This document shows, in pieces, positions 36,070 to 44,508 of a stretch of DNA of 64,000 nucleotides; within the stretch, counting starts at the first letter, position 1, and the number at the start of each line of letters is the position of its first letter. Origin of the DNA: an uncultured Candidatus Actinomarina sp. (lineage in GTDB: Bacteria; Actinomycetota; Acidimicrobiia; Actinomarinales; Actinomarinaceae); NCBI GenBank assembly GCA_902595195.1, contig CACJPC010000001.1:86654-150653 (forward strand), given 5' to 3'. Under the pieces are notes generated by a model that was given only the letters and a program-made list of their open reading frames with translations, made no database searches and was not told the DNA's origin. The position numbers and the translations under genes were made by a program.

Positions 36070-38615
36070 TGCCAGCTAAAAAACCACCATCAAAAAAACC
36101 AGCAGCTAAAAAACCAGCAGCTAAAAAACCACCATCAAAAAAACCAGCAGCTAAAAAACCAGCAGCTAAAAAACCAGCAGCTAAACAATCTGTAAAAGAA
36201 GAAAAAAACACTGACAACACATCAAATGGAACTATTGCTGTAGAAGACGAAATATCGAAGTCTTTTTTAGACTACGCAATGTCTGTAATCGTATCAAGAG
36301 CTTTGCCAGATGTTAAGGACGGTTTAAAGCCAGTTCAGAGAAGAATTTTGTATTCTATGTATGAAACGGGTATAAGACCAACAGGTCCATTTAGAAAATG
36401 TTCAAAAGTCGTTGGTGATGTAATGGGTAATTATCACCCTCACGGCAATGATGCAATTTATGGAACACTAGTAAGGCTTGGACAAAACTTTAGTACAAGA
36501 TACCCACTTATCGAGCCCCAAGGCAACTTTGGAACACCCGACGATCCACCCGCAGCTATGAGATACACAGAGTCACGAATGTCATCTCTCTCATCACAAT
36601 TATTGGATGGAATTGATGAGGATACTGTAAACTTTGAACCAAACTATTCAGGCGAAACATCAGAGCCTAAAGTTTTACCTGCAAGATTTCCAAACCTCCT
36701 TGTTAACGGTGCAGAAGGAATTGCTGTAGCAATGGCAACAAATATGCCGCCATACAACCTTAGAGAGATAACAGAAGCTGTTAAATACACTGTTGAAAAC
36801 AAGGATGTAAAACCAAAAGACTATCTAAAAATAATTAAAGGACCGGATTTCCCAACGGGTGGTCTTGTTGTTGATACACCAACAATTAAAGAAGCAATAT
36901 TAAAAGGAAGAGGATCAATCAAAATAAGAGCTGTTGCTGATGTAGAAGAACTAGGCAGAGGTAGGTCTGCAATAGTTGTTAAAGAATTACCCTACCAAGC
37001 ATCTACAGACCGAATTATGGAAAAAATTGCAACACTTGTTCAAGACAAGAAACTCCTGGGAATTTCTGATCTTAGGAACGAAAGTAGTGACAGGAACGGA
37101 ACAAGATTAGTTGTCGAGCTAAAAAGAGATGCAGTTCCACAAGTTGTACTTAATCAACTTTTTAAACAAACTCAACTACAAGACACTTTTTCCGTAAACT
37201 CAGTAGCTCTTGTTGAAGGAGTTCCAAAAGTACTTTCAGTTCCTGAGTTAATTAAATATTATATTGATCATCAAATCGATGTAATACAAAGAAGAACAAA
37301 ACACAGACTACAAAAAGCCGAAAACAGACTCCATATAGTAGAAGGCTTGCTTCTGGCTTTAAAAAAGATTGACCAAATTATTAAAGTCATAAAAGCCTCA
37401 AAAGATGTAGACACAGCAAGAAAATCTTTAATGACAAAATTTAAACTTAGTGAGATACAGGCTTCTCACATATTGGATATGCCCCTTAGGAGACTAACCG
37501 CGCTTGAAATGGAAAAACTAGAAGAAGAAAAAAAAGACCTAAAAGAAACAATCAAAGAACTAACTTCAATTTTAAAAAGTCGAGCAAAACAAGATAAGAT
37601 TTTAATCGAAGAACTAGAAGCAATTACCGACAAGTTTGGCGACGAAAGAAGATCAAGAATTGTTCCAGACGTTGGCGAGGTTTCAATAGAAGACCTTATT
37701 GAAGATGAAGAAATTATTGTATCTGTATCGGCAAATGGATATGTAAAATCTGTACCATCAACTTCATACAAAAAGCAAGGCAGAGGCGGCAAAGGGGTTA
37801 AAGCTGCTTCATCAAACGAAGATGTCATAGAGCACCTTCTTTCTACTTCTGTACACTCATATCTTTTATTCTTTACAGACCGCGGAAAAGTATATCGGGC
37901 CAAAGCACATGAAATTCCAAAAACCAACAGAACAGCAAAGGGTTCTTTAATTCAAAATGTTCTTTCGATGGGACAAGACGAAAAGGTGCAAGCAATTATT
38001 GATACAAGAGACTACGAAACTGAGAAGTTTTTACTAATAATGACAGAAAAAGGAACAGTTAAAAAATCTAGTTTTAAGGATTTTGATTCGAACTACAAAT
38101 CCTTACAAGCAATAAAACTAAAAGACGAAGATAGGGTTGTTTCTGTAAAAACGACCTCCGGCAAAGAAGATGTCATACTTGTTTCTCAAAACGGGCAAGC
38201 AATTAGATTTGATGAGACCAACCTTAAACCCCAAGGAAGAACAGCAATGGGTGTGAGGGGAATAAAACTTAGAGAGGGAGACAAGGTTGTAGGTGCAGCT
38301 ACCTCTAGAGATGAAACCCTCCTATTTATTACAGCTAAGGGATATGGGAAACGTACGAAACTTGATGAATTTAGAAGAGCAGGAAGAGGCGGCATGGGAG
38401 TGAAAGCTCTTAAAATTACGGAAAGTAAAGGAAATTTAGTTGGAGCAAGGTCTGTAGATGAAGATACCGAGGTTATGCTTATGAGTACAGGCGGTACTGC
38501 AATAAGATGTGCAGTAAAGCAAATAAAACAAATGAGTAGATCAGCACAAGGAGTAAGGGTTATGAAGCTGTCTTCTGAAGAAGAAGTTTCAGCTTTCATA
38601 CCTATAAAGAGCTAA
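36069..38615 (+). CDS. gyrA: DNA gyrase subunit A with N-terminal PAAKK-repeat extension
   Basis: A TAATG overlap with gyrB. The canonical core starts near residue 60 (SFLDYAMSVIVSRALPDVKDGLKPVQRRILY). Active-site and beta-pinwheel regions are present. Confidence 0.95.
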   Translation: MPAKKPPSKKPAAKKPAAKKPPSKKPAAKKPAAKKPAAKQSVKEEKNTDNTSNGTIAVEDEISKSFLDYAMSVIVSRALPDVKDGLKPVQRRILYSMYETGIRPTGPFRKCSKVVGDVMGNYHPHGNDAIYGTLVRLGQNFSTRYPLIEPQGNFGTPDDPPAAMRYTESRMSSLSSQLLDGIDEDTVNFEPNYSGETSEPKVLPARFPNLLVNGAEGIAVAMATNMPPYNLREITEAVKYTVENKDVKPKDYLKIIKGPDFPTGGLVVDTPTIKEAILKGRGSIKIRAVADVEELGRGRSAIVVKELPYQASTDRIMEKIATLVQDKKLLGISDLRNESSDRNGTRLVVELKRDAVPQVVLNQLFKQTQLQDTFSVNSVALVEGVPKVLSVPELIKYYIDHQIDVIQRRTKHRLQKAENRLHIVEGLLLALKKIDQIIKVIKASKDVDTARKSLMTKFKLSEIQASHILDMPLRRLTALEMEKLEEEKKDLKETIKELTSILKSRAKQDKILIEELEAITDKFGDERRSRIVPDVGEVSIEDLIEDEEIIVSVSANGYVKSVPSTSYKKQGRGGKGVKAASSNEDVIEHLLSTSVHSYLLFFTDRGKVYRAKAHEIPKTNRTAKGSLIQNVLSMGQDEKVQAIIDTRDYETEKFLLIMTEKGTVKKSSFKDFDSNYKSLQAIKLKDEDRVVSVKTTSGKEDVILVSQNGQAIRFDETNLKPQGRTAMGVRGIKLREGDKVVGAATSRDETLLFITAKGYGKRTKLDEFRRAGRGGMGVKALKITESKGNLVGARSVDEDTEVMLMSTGGTAIRCAVKQIKQMSRSAQGVRVMKLSSEEEVSAFIPIKS
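36072..36186 (+). repeat. in-frame 15-nt tandem repeat (CCAGCAGCTAAAAAA / CCACCATCAAAAAAA) encoding PAKK-PPSKK-PAAKK-PAAKK-PPSKK-PAAKK-PAAKK-PAAKQ
   Basis: Read directly. There is a higher-order 45-nt unit, and the repeat occupies codons 2-39 of gyrA. Confidence 0.95.
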
Positions 38616-38617
38616 AA

Positions 38618-39223
38618 ATGGTCAGAGTAAACAGAGTAAGAAGAATAATCAGAAAAATAGACCCTTGGACCGTATTAAAAGTCACGCTAGTACTTAATTT
38701 TGTTGTTGCATTAACGGTGGTGCTTGGATTATCAATAATGTGGGTTTTATTGGTTAACGCAGGAGTTCCACAAGGCCTTGAAGATATTGCAAGAAGACTG
38801 GCGCTTCTTGATCAAGATGCCTCGCTTGTCGGAAATATTGAAACACTCTTTACAAGTGTAGTTTCTTTAGCAGCAGTTTATATGCTGACCCAAACAGCCC
38901 TCGCTACTATCGGCGCCTTTTTCTACAACCTCGTTTCAGACCTCGTTGGGGGTATTGAAGTGGTTGTATTAGAGGAGTCTCATTTAGAAACACCTCAGAA
39001 GATAACAACAGAGGAAGTTAAAACTCAGAAAAAAAACGAACAAAAAGAAACAGTTCTGATGTCGATTGTAAATTCAATTAAAAAGGTGAGACAAGAATCC
39101 TCAGAAGAGGCAAGTTTACCTAACGAAGATTTACCAAGACCAGACGTCCCAAGAGATATTGAAGAACCCACTCTTATGGATGCATTAAAAAACACAGAAA
39201 ACGAAGAAGACGAAGAAAACTAA
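38618..39223 (+). CDS. DUF3566-type membrane protein conserved downstream of gyrA in Actinobacteria
   Basis: RKIDPWTVLKVTLVLNFVVAL... plus a second helix and an acidic tail. The synteny matches the Rv0007 position. Confidence 0.75.
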   Translation: MVRVNRVRRIIRKIDPWTVLKVTLVLNFVVALTVVLGLSIMWVLLVNAGVPQGLEDIARRLALLDQDASLVGNIETLFTSVVSLAAVYMLTQTALATIGAFFYNLVSDLVGGIEVVVLEESHLETPQKITTEEVKTQKKNEQKETVLMSIVNSIKKVRQESSEEASLPNEDLPRPDVPRDIEEPTLMDALKNTENEEDEEN

Positions 39224-39242
39224 TCTGCTACTATTCATCAAG

Positions 39243-39323
39243 AATAATGGAGCGAAGTTAGTGAAAGTCTAACACTGTCCCGCAACTGTAATTCGAAAGA
39301 TAAGTCAGGTCGCCTTCATTATT
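39243..39323 (+). promoter_or_regulatory. cobalamin riboswitch, compact form without a long peripheral extension
   Basis: P1 is AATAATG (39243-49) paired with CATTATT (39317-23). The core is GGAGCGAAG..GTGAAAGTC..ACTGTCCCGCAACTGTAA, with a B12-box-like AAGTCAGGTCGCC. A BtuF-like gene lies downstream. Confidence 0.7.
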
Positions 39324-39409
39324 GTTAAGACAACAGTCCTCGAGAGAAGGAATGAAGTTTCTAGAAATTCTTGAAGTTTCTTTATTTTCTCAAGGTAAGA
39401 AAGGAAAAT

Positions 39410-40330
39410 ATGAAAACGAAACTTATTATTCTTGCCTTGTTTGTATCAATGTGTTCAAATCAAGCGCAAGAAAAGAATGAAGTAAAAATTATTTCATTGT
39501 CTACAACCCACACTGAAATTATTCAATCATTAGGTGCAGAAAATACATTAATTGCTGTTGATGCTTTTTCTGAAGTTGACTTCCCAGTCCAAAGAATTGA
39601 CGCATACACAGTCACAGCTGAAGAACTAGCACCCCTTGATGCAGATATGGTAATAGTTGCTTTTGATTTCAATGGCATTATTGAAGGATTGGAAGCACAA
39701 GAGATTAACCATATCCTTTTACCTCCTGCTAGAAATCTTGAAGATGTGTATTCTCAGATTCAAATTATTGGAGAATTAGTAGATAAAAAAACTGTTGCAG
39801 AAACACAAATAAGAGATATGAAGCTTGCAATTAATAGAATCATAAGCAATTCAAATTATGAAAATATTACCGTATATCACGAAATTGGTTATTCCTATGG
39901 AATTTATAGTGTAAATGCAAACTCATTAATTGGAGAAATTTACAACTCACTTGGAATTATAAATATTGCTAACTCCGAGGAGGATCCTTTCGGAAGCGGA
40001 TACCCCGCATTAACTGAAGAAATGGTAATAGAAGCAAACCCCGACTTTATTGTTGTAGGACACTCTGACTATTTAAATAAAGACCTTTCAATTAGAGATG
40101 GTTGGGAAAACATAAATGCGGTTCAGAGTTCCAATGTATATTTTTTGGATGATACATTAGCCAGCAACTGGGGAACAACAACGCTAGAGCTTGTTGAAAC
40201 TTTATCAGCTACTTTTGAAGAAAGTGCTGAAACCAACCCATATTCAGACTATTTACTATTAGTATCATTATTGTTTTTAGTAATTATGCTATTTGTACTC
40301 ACACGAGACAGTACAAGGGCAAAAGTATAA
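39410..40330 (+). CDS. BtuF/FhuD-type (cluster A, Peripla_BP_2) substrate-binding lipoprotein, probably cobalamin-binding
   Basis: ATG 39410 follows AAGGAAA; the track start 39371 is a TTG inside the leader. Lipobox VSMC. KIISLSTTHTEIIQSLGAENTLIAVD is the BtuF-like N-lobe motif. A C-terminal hydrophobic helix LLLVSLLFLVIMLFVL is followed by basic residues. Confidence 0.7.
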   Translation: MKTKLIILALFVSMCSNQAQEKNEVKIISLSTTHTEIIQSLGAENTLIAVDAFSEVDFPVQRIDAYTVTAEELAPLDADMVIVAFDFNGIIEGLEAQEINHILLPPARNLEDVYSQIQIIGELVDKKTVAETQIRDMKLAINRIISNSNYENITVYHEIGYSYGIYSVNANSLIGEIYNSLGIINIANSEEDPFGSGYPALTEEMVIEANPDFIVVGHSDYLNKDLSIRDGWENINAVQSSNVYFLDDTLASNWGTTTLELVETLSATFEESAETNPYSDYLLLVSLLFLVIMLFVLTRDSTRAKV

Positions 40331-40340
40331 AGGAGAGTTT

Positions 40341-41249
40341 ATGAAAGGGTATTCAAACGACTTATACATTCTTGCATTTGACCATAGAGGCACACTAACA
40401 AAAGGCCTTCTTGGTGTTGAAGGCAGAGCTCCGACCGAGGATGAAGTTTCTCGTGTATCTTCCATGAAAGACATTATTTTTGACGGTTTTCTTGAAGCAC
40501 AAAACAAAGGTATAGATGGAGGAGATCCAGCAATTCTTGTTGATGAGACTTTTGGTCTTCAAGTTCAAGAAAAAGCAAAAGAAATGGGAATAAAGTTTGC
40601 AGCCCCCGTTGAAAAGTCAGGACAAAAGATTTTTGACTTTGAATACGGTAGTGATTTCGGTGAAAAAATAAAAGAAGTGAATGCAGATTTTGTAAAGATA
40701 CTTGTACGTTGGAATCCTAGTGACGATTCTGATACTAGACAGGTTCAAGGTGAAAGAATAAAAACTCTTTCAGATTGGCTAGATGAAAACGAAAGAAAAT
40801 TTCTTTTAGAGTTTTTAGTGCCTGCGACTGAAGAACAGCTAGCAAGTGTAGATGGAGACCAGGCTAAATATGACTCTGAGATAAGACCTAAGCTTGCTGT
40901 CCAGGTTGTTGAGGAAATGAGAGAAAAAGGTGCTGATCCAGATATATGGAAGATTGAAGGCCTAGACACCATTGAAGACAATGAAAATGTTTCAAAAGTT
41001 ATTAAAGATGGCGGAAGAGAAGATGTGATTGCAGTTGTTTTGGGAAGAGGAGCGAATGATGAAAAAGTTAATGAATGGCTCAGAGCAGGCTCATCTGTAG
41101 ATGGCTATAAGGGATTTGCAATTGGAAGATCAATATTTTGGAACTCACTTAAAGGTTGGCACAGTGGTGATAAATCCAGAGAAGAAGCAGTTTCAGAAAT
41201 TGCCAATTCTTATTTAAGTTTTATTTCGGTATATCAAAACGGGAGTTAG
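40341..41249 (+). CDS. class I aldolase-like TIM-barrel protein (DUF2090 / LacD-DeoC superfamily)
   Basis: ATG 40341 follows AAAGGAG. LYILAFDHRGTL resembles the LacD/DUF2090 N-terminal motif, and WKIEG is a candidate Schiff-base lysine strand. The assignment is by pattern only. Confidence 0.5.
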   Translation: MKGYSNDLYILAFDHRGTLTKGLLGVEGRAPTEDEVSRVSSMKDIIFDGFLEAQNKGIDGGDPAILVDETFGLQVQEKAKEMGIKFAAPVEKSGQKIFDFEYGSDFGEKIKEVNADFVKILVRWNPSDDSDTRQVQGERIKTLSDWLDENERKFLLEFLVPATEEQLASVDGDQAKYDSEIRPKLAVQVVEEMREKGADPDIWKIEGLDTIEDNENVSKVIKDGGREDVIAVVLGRGANDEKVNEWLRAGSSVDGYKGFAIGRSIFWNSLKGWHSGDKSREEAVSEIANSYLSFISVYQNGS

Positions 41250-41252
41250 AAA

Positions 41253-42455
41253 ATGCCACTAGGCAAAGCAGTTATTGGACAATCAGGCGGTCCAACAGCT
41301 GTCATAAACAGATCACTAGTGGGCTTTATTAAAGAAGCAACTAAATCAGATTTTGATGAAATCCTAGGAGCAAAGCACGGATTAGAAGGAATGCTCAATG
41401 AAGATTTTGTAGATCTTTCAAATCTGTCTGAAGCACAACTTTATGGCATTGGAAAAACACCTGCCGCAGCTTTAGGTTCAGTAAGAAAAAAGCCTACTGA
41501 CTCAGATATAGAAAAACTTGTTTCAATATTTGAACAACAGAATATCAGAAATTTTTTCTACATAGGAGGTAATGATTCGGCTGAAACAGCTAATTTAGTT
41601 TCTGAAGGGGCAAAATCTATAGGATATGAAATGAAAGCCTTCCATATTCCTAAAACAATTGACAATGATTTACGAGAAACAGACCATTGTCCCGGATACG
41701 GTTCAGCAGCTCGATTTGTAGCTCATGCTTTTCAGGGAGATGATGCAGACAACAGAAGTCTTAGAGGTATTAAAATAAACGTTTTAATGGGCCGACATGC
41801 AGGGTGGCTTACTGCTGCAAGCACCTTAGGTAAATCTACCGAAGAAGATGGTCCGCATTTAGTATATGTCCCTGAAAAAGTATTCAACATTGAAACCTTT
41901 TTGAAAGAAGTTAAAGAAGTATATGATTCGCTTGGAAGGTGTGTAGTCGCCGTTTCTGAAGGAATTCACAACGAAGATGGTGAATATTTTCTTCAAACAT
42001 ATGCTAGCGAAACAGGCTCTGGACTGGCAGGAAAAAAAGATAGCCATGGGAACATCCAACTTTCAGGCTCAGGTGCACTAGGTGATACATTAACAAATAT
42101 AGTTTCACAACATATTGATGGTGCAAGAGTTAGGGCGGACACCTTTGGTTATTTACAGAGATCATTTTTAGCGGATGTATCTGATATAGACGCTGAAGAA
42201 GCCGAGAGAGTAGGACATCATGCTGTGGTTTTTTCAAAAGAACTACAGAGTGGATCAGTAATTCTTAAAAGACAACTGTCAGAAACATACCACTGCGATG
42301 TTGATGTTGTAGATTTGAGCAAAGTCGCTAAACACACAAAAGACATGCCTAAGGAATTTTTAGACGAATCCAAACCATATGTTACAAATGACTTTTTTGA
42401 ATATGCCATGCCGCTTACCGGTGGAATAGAACCAAAAACCCAAATATTTGTATAA
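41253..42455 (+). CDS. pfp: phosphofructokinase, probably pyrophosphate-dependent (PFP)
   Basis: GQSGGPTAVIN, GGNDS (Asp at the position that is Gly in ATP-PFK GGDGS), PKTIDND (Lys instead of Gly) and MGRHAGW. Confidence 0.75.
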   Translation: MPLGKAVIGQSGGPTAVINRSLVGFIKEATKSDFDEILGAKHGLEGMLNEDFVDLSNLSEAQLYGIGKTPAAALGSVRKKPTDSDIEKLVSIFEQQNIRNFFYIGGNDSAETANLVSEGAKSIGYEMKAFHIPKTIDNDLRETDHCPGYGSAARFVAHAFQGDDADNRSLRGIKINVLMGRHAGWLTAASTLGKSTEEDGPHLVYVPEKVFNIETFLKEVKEVYDSLGRCVVAVSEGIHNEDGEYFLQTYASETGSGLAGKKDSHGNIQLSGSGALGDTLTNIVSQHIDGARVRADTFGYLQRSFLADVSDIDAEEAERVGHHAVVFSKELQSGSVILKRQLSETYHCDVDVVDLSKVAKHTKDMPKEFLDESKPYVTNDFFEYAMPLTGGIEPKTQIFV

Positions 42456-42890
42456 ATGTCAAAAATAAAACTATCAAAAGACCAATTCGAAGTTTTTTGG
42501 GAGGCAACAGTTCGATACTACGAACTAGATCCTCAAGGAGTAATGCACAACGCTAATCACGTCGCATTTTTTGATCAAGCAATTACTGCCTATTTTAAGC
42601 ATGTTAATTACGACTACTTGAGCGACATCGAAGAAACAAATAAAGATTTTCACACCGTACAGGTGTTAGTTCAGTACAACAAACCCCTTTACTTTGATCA
42701 AGATATAGAAATTGGCGTCAAAGTAAAAGAAATAGGGAACTCAAGCATGACATGGATTATGGGAATGTTTCTAAAAGAAACAGGGGATTTAGTTAGTTCT
42801 TGCGAGGCTGTTCATGTCTACACTGATCAAACAACAATGAAGCCAACACCCATTACTGATGAACTTAAAGCAAAACTGAAGTTTAATTAA
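42456..42890 (+). CDS. acyl-CoA thioesterase, hotdog fold (4HBT/YbgC-like)
   Basis: RYYELDPQGVMHNANHVAFFDQA is a typical catalytic-Asp region. The start abuts the pfp stop. Confidence 0.7.
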   Translation: MSKIKLSKDQFEVFWEATVRYYELDPQGVMHNANHVAFFDQAITAYFKHVNYDYLSDIEETNKDFHTVQVLVQYNKPLYFDQDIEIGVKVKEIGNSSMTWIMGMFLKETGDLVSSCEAVHVYTDQTTMKPTPITDELKAKLKFN

Positions 42891-42918
42891 TCACCTCTTA
42901 AGCTGTAATATTGTTGAT

Positions 42919-44010
42919 ATGAATCAAAGAAGATATGATATTGATGCCTTGCGATCCATAGCAATGTTTCTTCTTATTTTTTATCATCTCGGAATTTCGT
43001 TCACTTTGATAGCTCCACAAATCCTCTTTGTTCAGAACAAAAGAACGCCAGGGGGTATATGGCCGCTATTAAACACCATGAACAACTGGAGAATACCACT
43101 CGTTTTCTTAATTGCAGGAGTCGCTCTAAGGCTTTCATTTAGCAAAAGAACTAAGATGCAGATATTCAAAGAGAGAGCAAAGATCCTTATCTTACCTTGG
43201 TTGTTTGGAACTCTTATATTTTCAACCTCATCGGCTTTGATTGTTGGGAGATATTATAACTATTGGTGGCTAGACGAAATCAGTGAAGCTGTTTTCTTTG
43301 TTTTAGAATATGACGGGCTACATCTATGGTTTTTGATTAATATTTTTCTTTATTGCTTGGTCCTTATTCCAATTTTGAATTTTATCTCAAAAGAAAATTT
43401 TATTGCTTCATTACTCAACAAACCTGGAGGCATATTTTTATTTGCAATTCCCATAATTGCTGAGGGGCACTTATTGAATGTATCAAGGTTTAAAACTGAA
43501 ACATATGGAGATTATTACAACTCATACGCGCTTACAGACCACGGTTTTCTACTTGGCTTCCTATGGTTTTTTATAGGAATAATTCTTACTTCTCAAGGGG
43601 ATGCATTTTGGGAATCGAATAAAAAAAATTGGCGGTTACATCTAGCATTAGGTGCACTATCATATTTTTACAGATTTTTTAACAATTTCCTTGAAGATTA
43701 CGCCTTAGACAACAGGCTTATAGCTTTCGAGTCTTTTAATTTTATTTTTGCACTTCTTGGCATTGCTGCAGTTTTCCTAAACAAAGATTCACCACAACTA
43801 ACATATTACAAAACAGCGGTTTATCCTGTATACATTGTTCACCTGCCGGTACAAATGGCAGTCATGTATTTTTTTGCTGGATCAAACATTCATCCAATAA
43901 TAAAATTTCCAATTGCTTTATTTTTAATTTGTTTCTTATCTCTAACTATTTACCATGCTGTAAAAAATATCAAACTATTAAGACCCTTGTTTGGTCTAAG
44001 GAATAAATAA
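42919..44010 (+). CDS. membrane acyltransferase family 3
   Basis: DIDALRSIAMFLLIFYHLG is the acyltransferase_3 N-terminal motif. About 10 TM helices. Confidence 0.7.
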   Translation: MNQRRYDIDALRSIAMFLLIFYHLGISFTLIAPQILFVQNKRTPGGIWPLLNTMNNWRIPLVFLIAGVALRLSFSKRTKMQIFKERAKILILPWLFGTLIFSTSSALIVGRYYNYWWLDEISEAVFFVLEYDGLHLWFLINIFLYCLVLIPILNFISKENFIASLLNKPGGIFLFAIPIIAEGHLLNVSRFKTETYGDYYNSYALTDHGFLLGFLWFFIGIILTSQGDAFWESNKKNWRLHLALGALSYFYRFFNNFLEDYALDNRLIAFESFNFIFALLGIAAVFLNKDSPQLTYYKTAVYPVYIVHLPVQMAVMYFFAGSNIHPIIKFPIALFLICFLSLTIYHAVKNIKLLRPLFGLRNK

Positions 44011-44012
44011 AT

Positions 44013-44504
44013 TTGAAAAAAGTAAATCTTTTAATTTTTATTCTTTTTCTAAGCTTATGCTCAACAACTAGTAATGATGGAGTAGCTTCTCTATCAAGTG
44101 ATACAACTACAACTTCGGTTATAGCGGAAGAAGATTATCCAATTGTTTTAACTCAGTGCTTAAACGAAGAAAAGGGCTACAACATAGCAACGCCGTTTGA
44201 TATTGAAGATTTAAAATCAACAATTAATCAGTTAAGTAACAGCAAAGAGGAACAGCTACAACTAAGAGAAGATGTTGATTACTGCATAAGCAAATATAAT
44301 CTCTGGTCAGATTCATCTTCATTGAATCCTGAAGAGCTTGCCAAAGTATATGATGAAAATCTTGAATTAGCTAAATGCTTAAGAGAAAAAGGGTTAAACG
44401 TTCCTGATCCAAGCCAACAAGAACCTAAAGTTGATTTAAGCGGGCTCAAGGAATCTAAAGACGACATAATGCCGTTGTTACAGGAATGTGGTTGGCAAAA
44501 ATAA
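44013..44504 (+). CDS. Cys-motif lipoprotein, paralog A (unknown family)
   Basis: TTG start and lipobox LSLC. It has two copies of the helix-C-x-[RN]-E-x-G...DP...C unit: LTQCLNEEKGY...DYC and LAKCLREKGLNVPDP...QEC. Confidence 0.75.
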   Translation: MKKVNLLIFILFLSLCSTTSNDGVASLSSDTTTTSVIAEEDYPIVLTQCLNEEKGYNIATPFDIEDLKSTINQLSNSKEEQLQLREDVDYCISKYNLWSDSSSLNPEELAKVYDENLELAKCLREKGLNVPDPSQQEPKVDLSGLKESKDDIMPLLQECGWQK

Positions 44505-44508
44505 GTTT

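Noticed and set aside
36072-36186. Regular 15-nt repeats, considered as a possible CRISPR array or minisatellite.
   Set aside because: There are no spacers. The repeats are contiguous, in frame and encode PAAKK units at the start of gyrA, so this is a coding tandem repeat.
39224-39409. tRNA genes expected after the gyrA-DUF3566 block by analogy with mycobacterial synteny.
   Set aside because: No cloverleaf or T-loop (GGTTCGAAT-like) sequence is present. The spacer instead matches a cobalamin riboswitch core.
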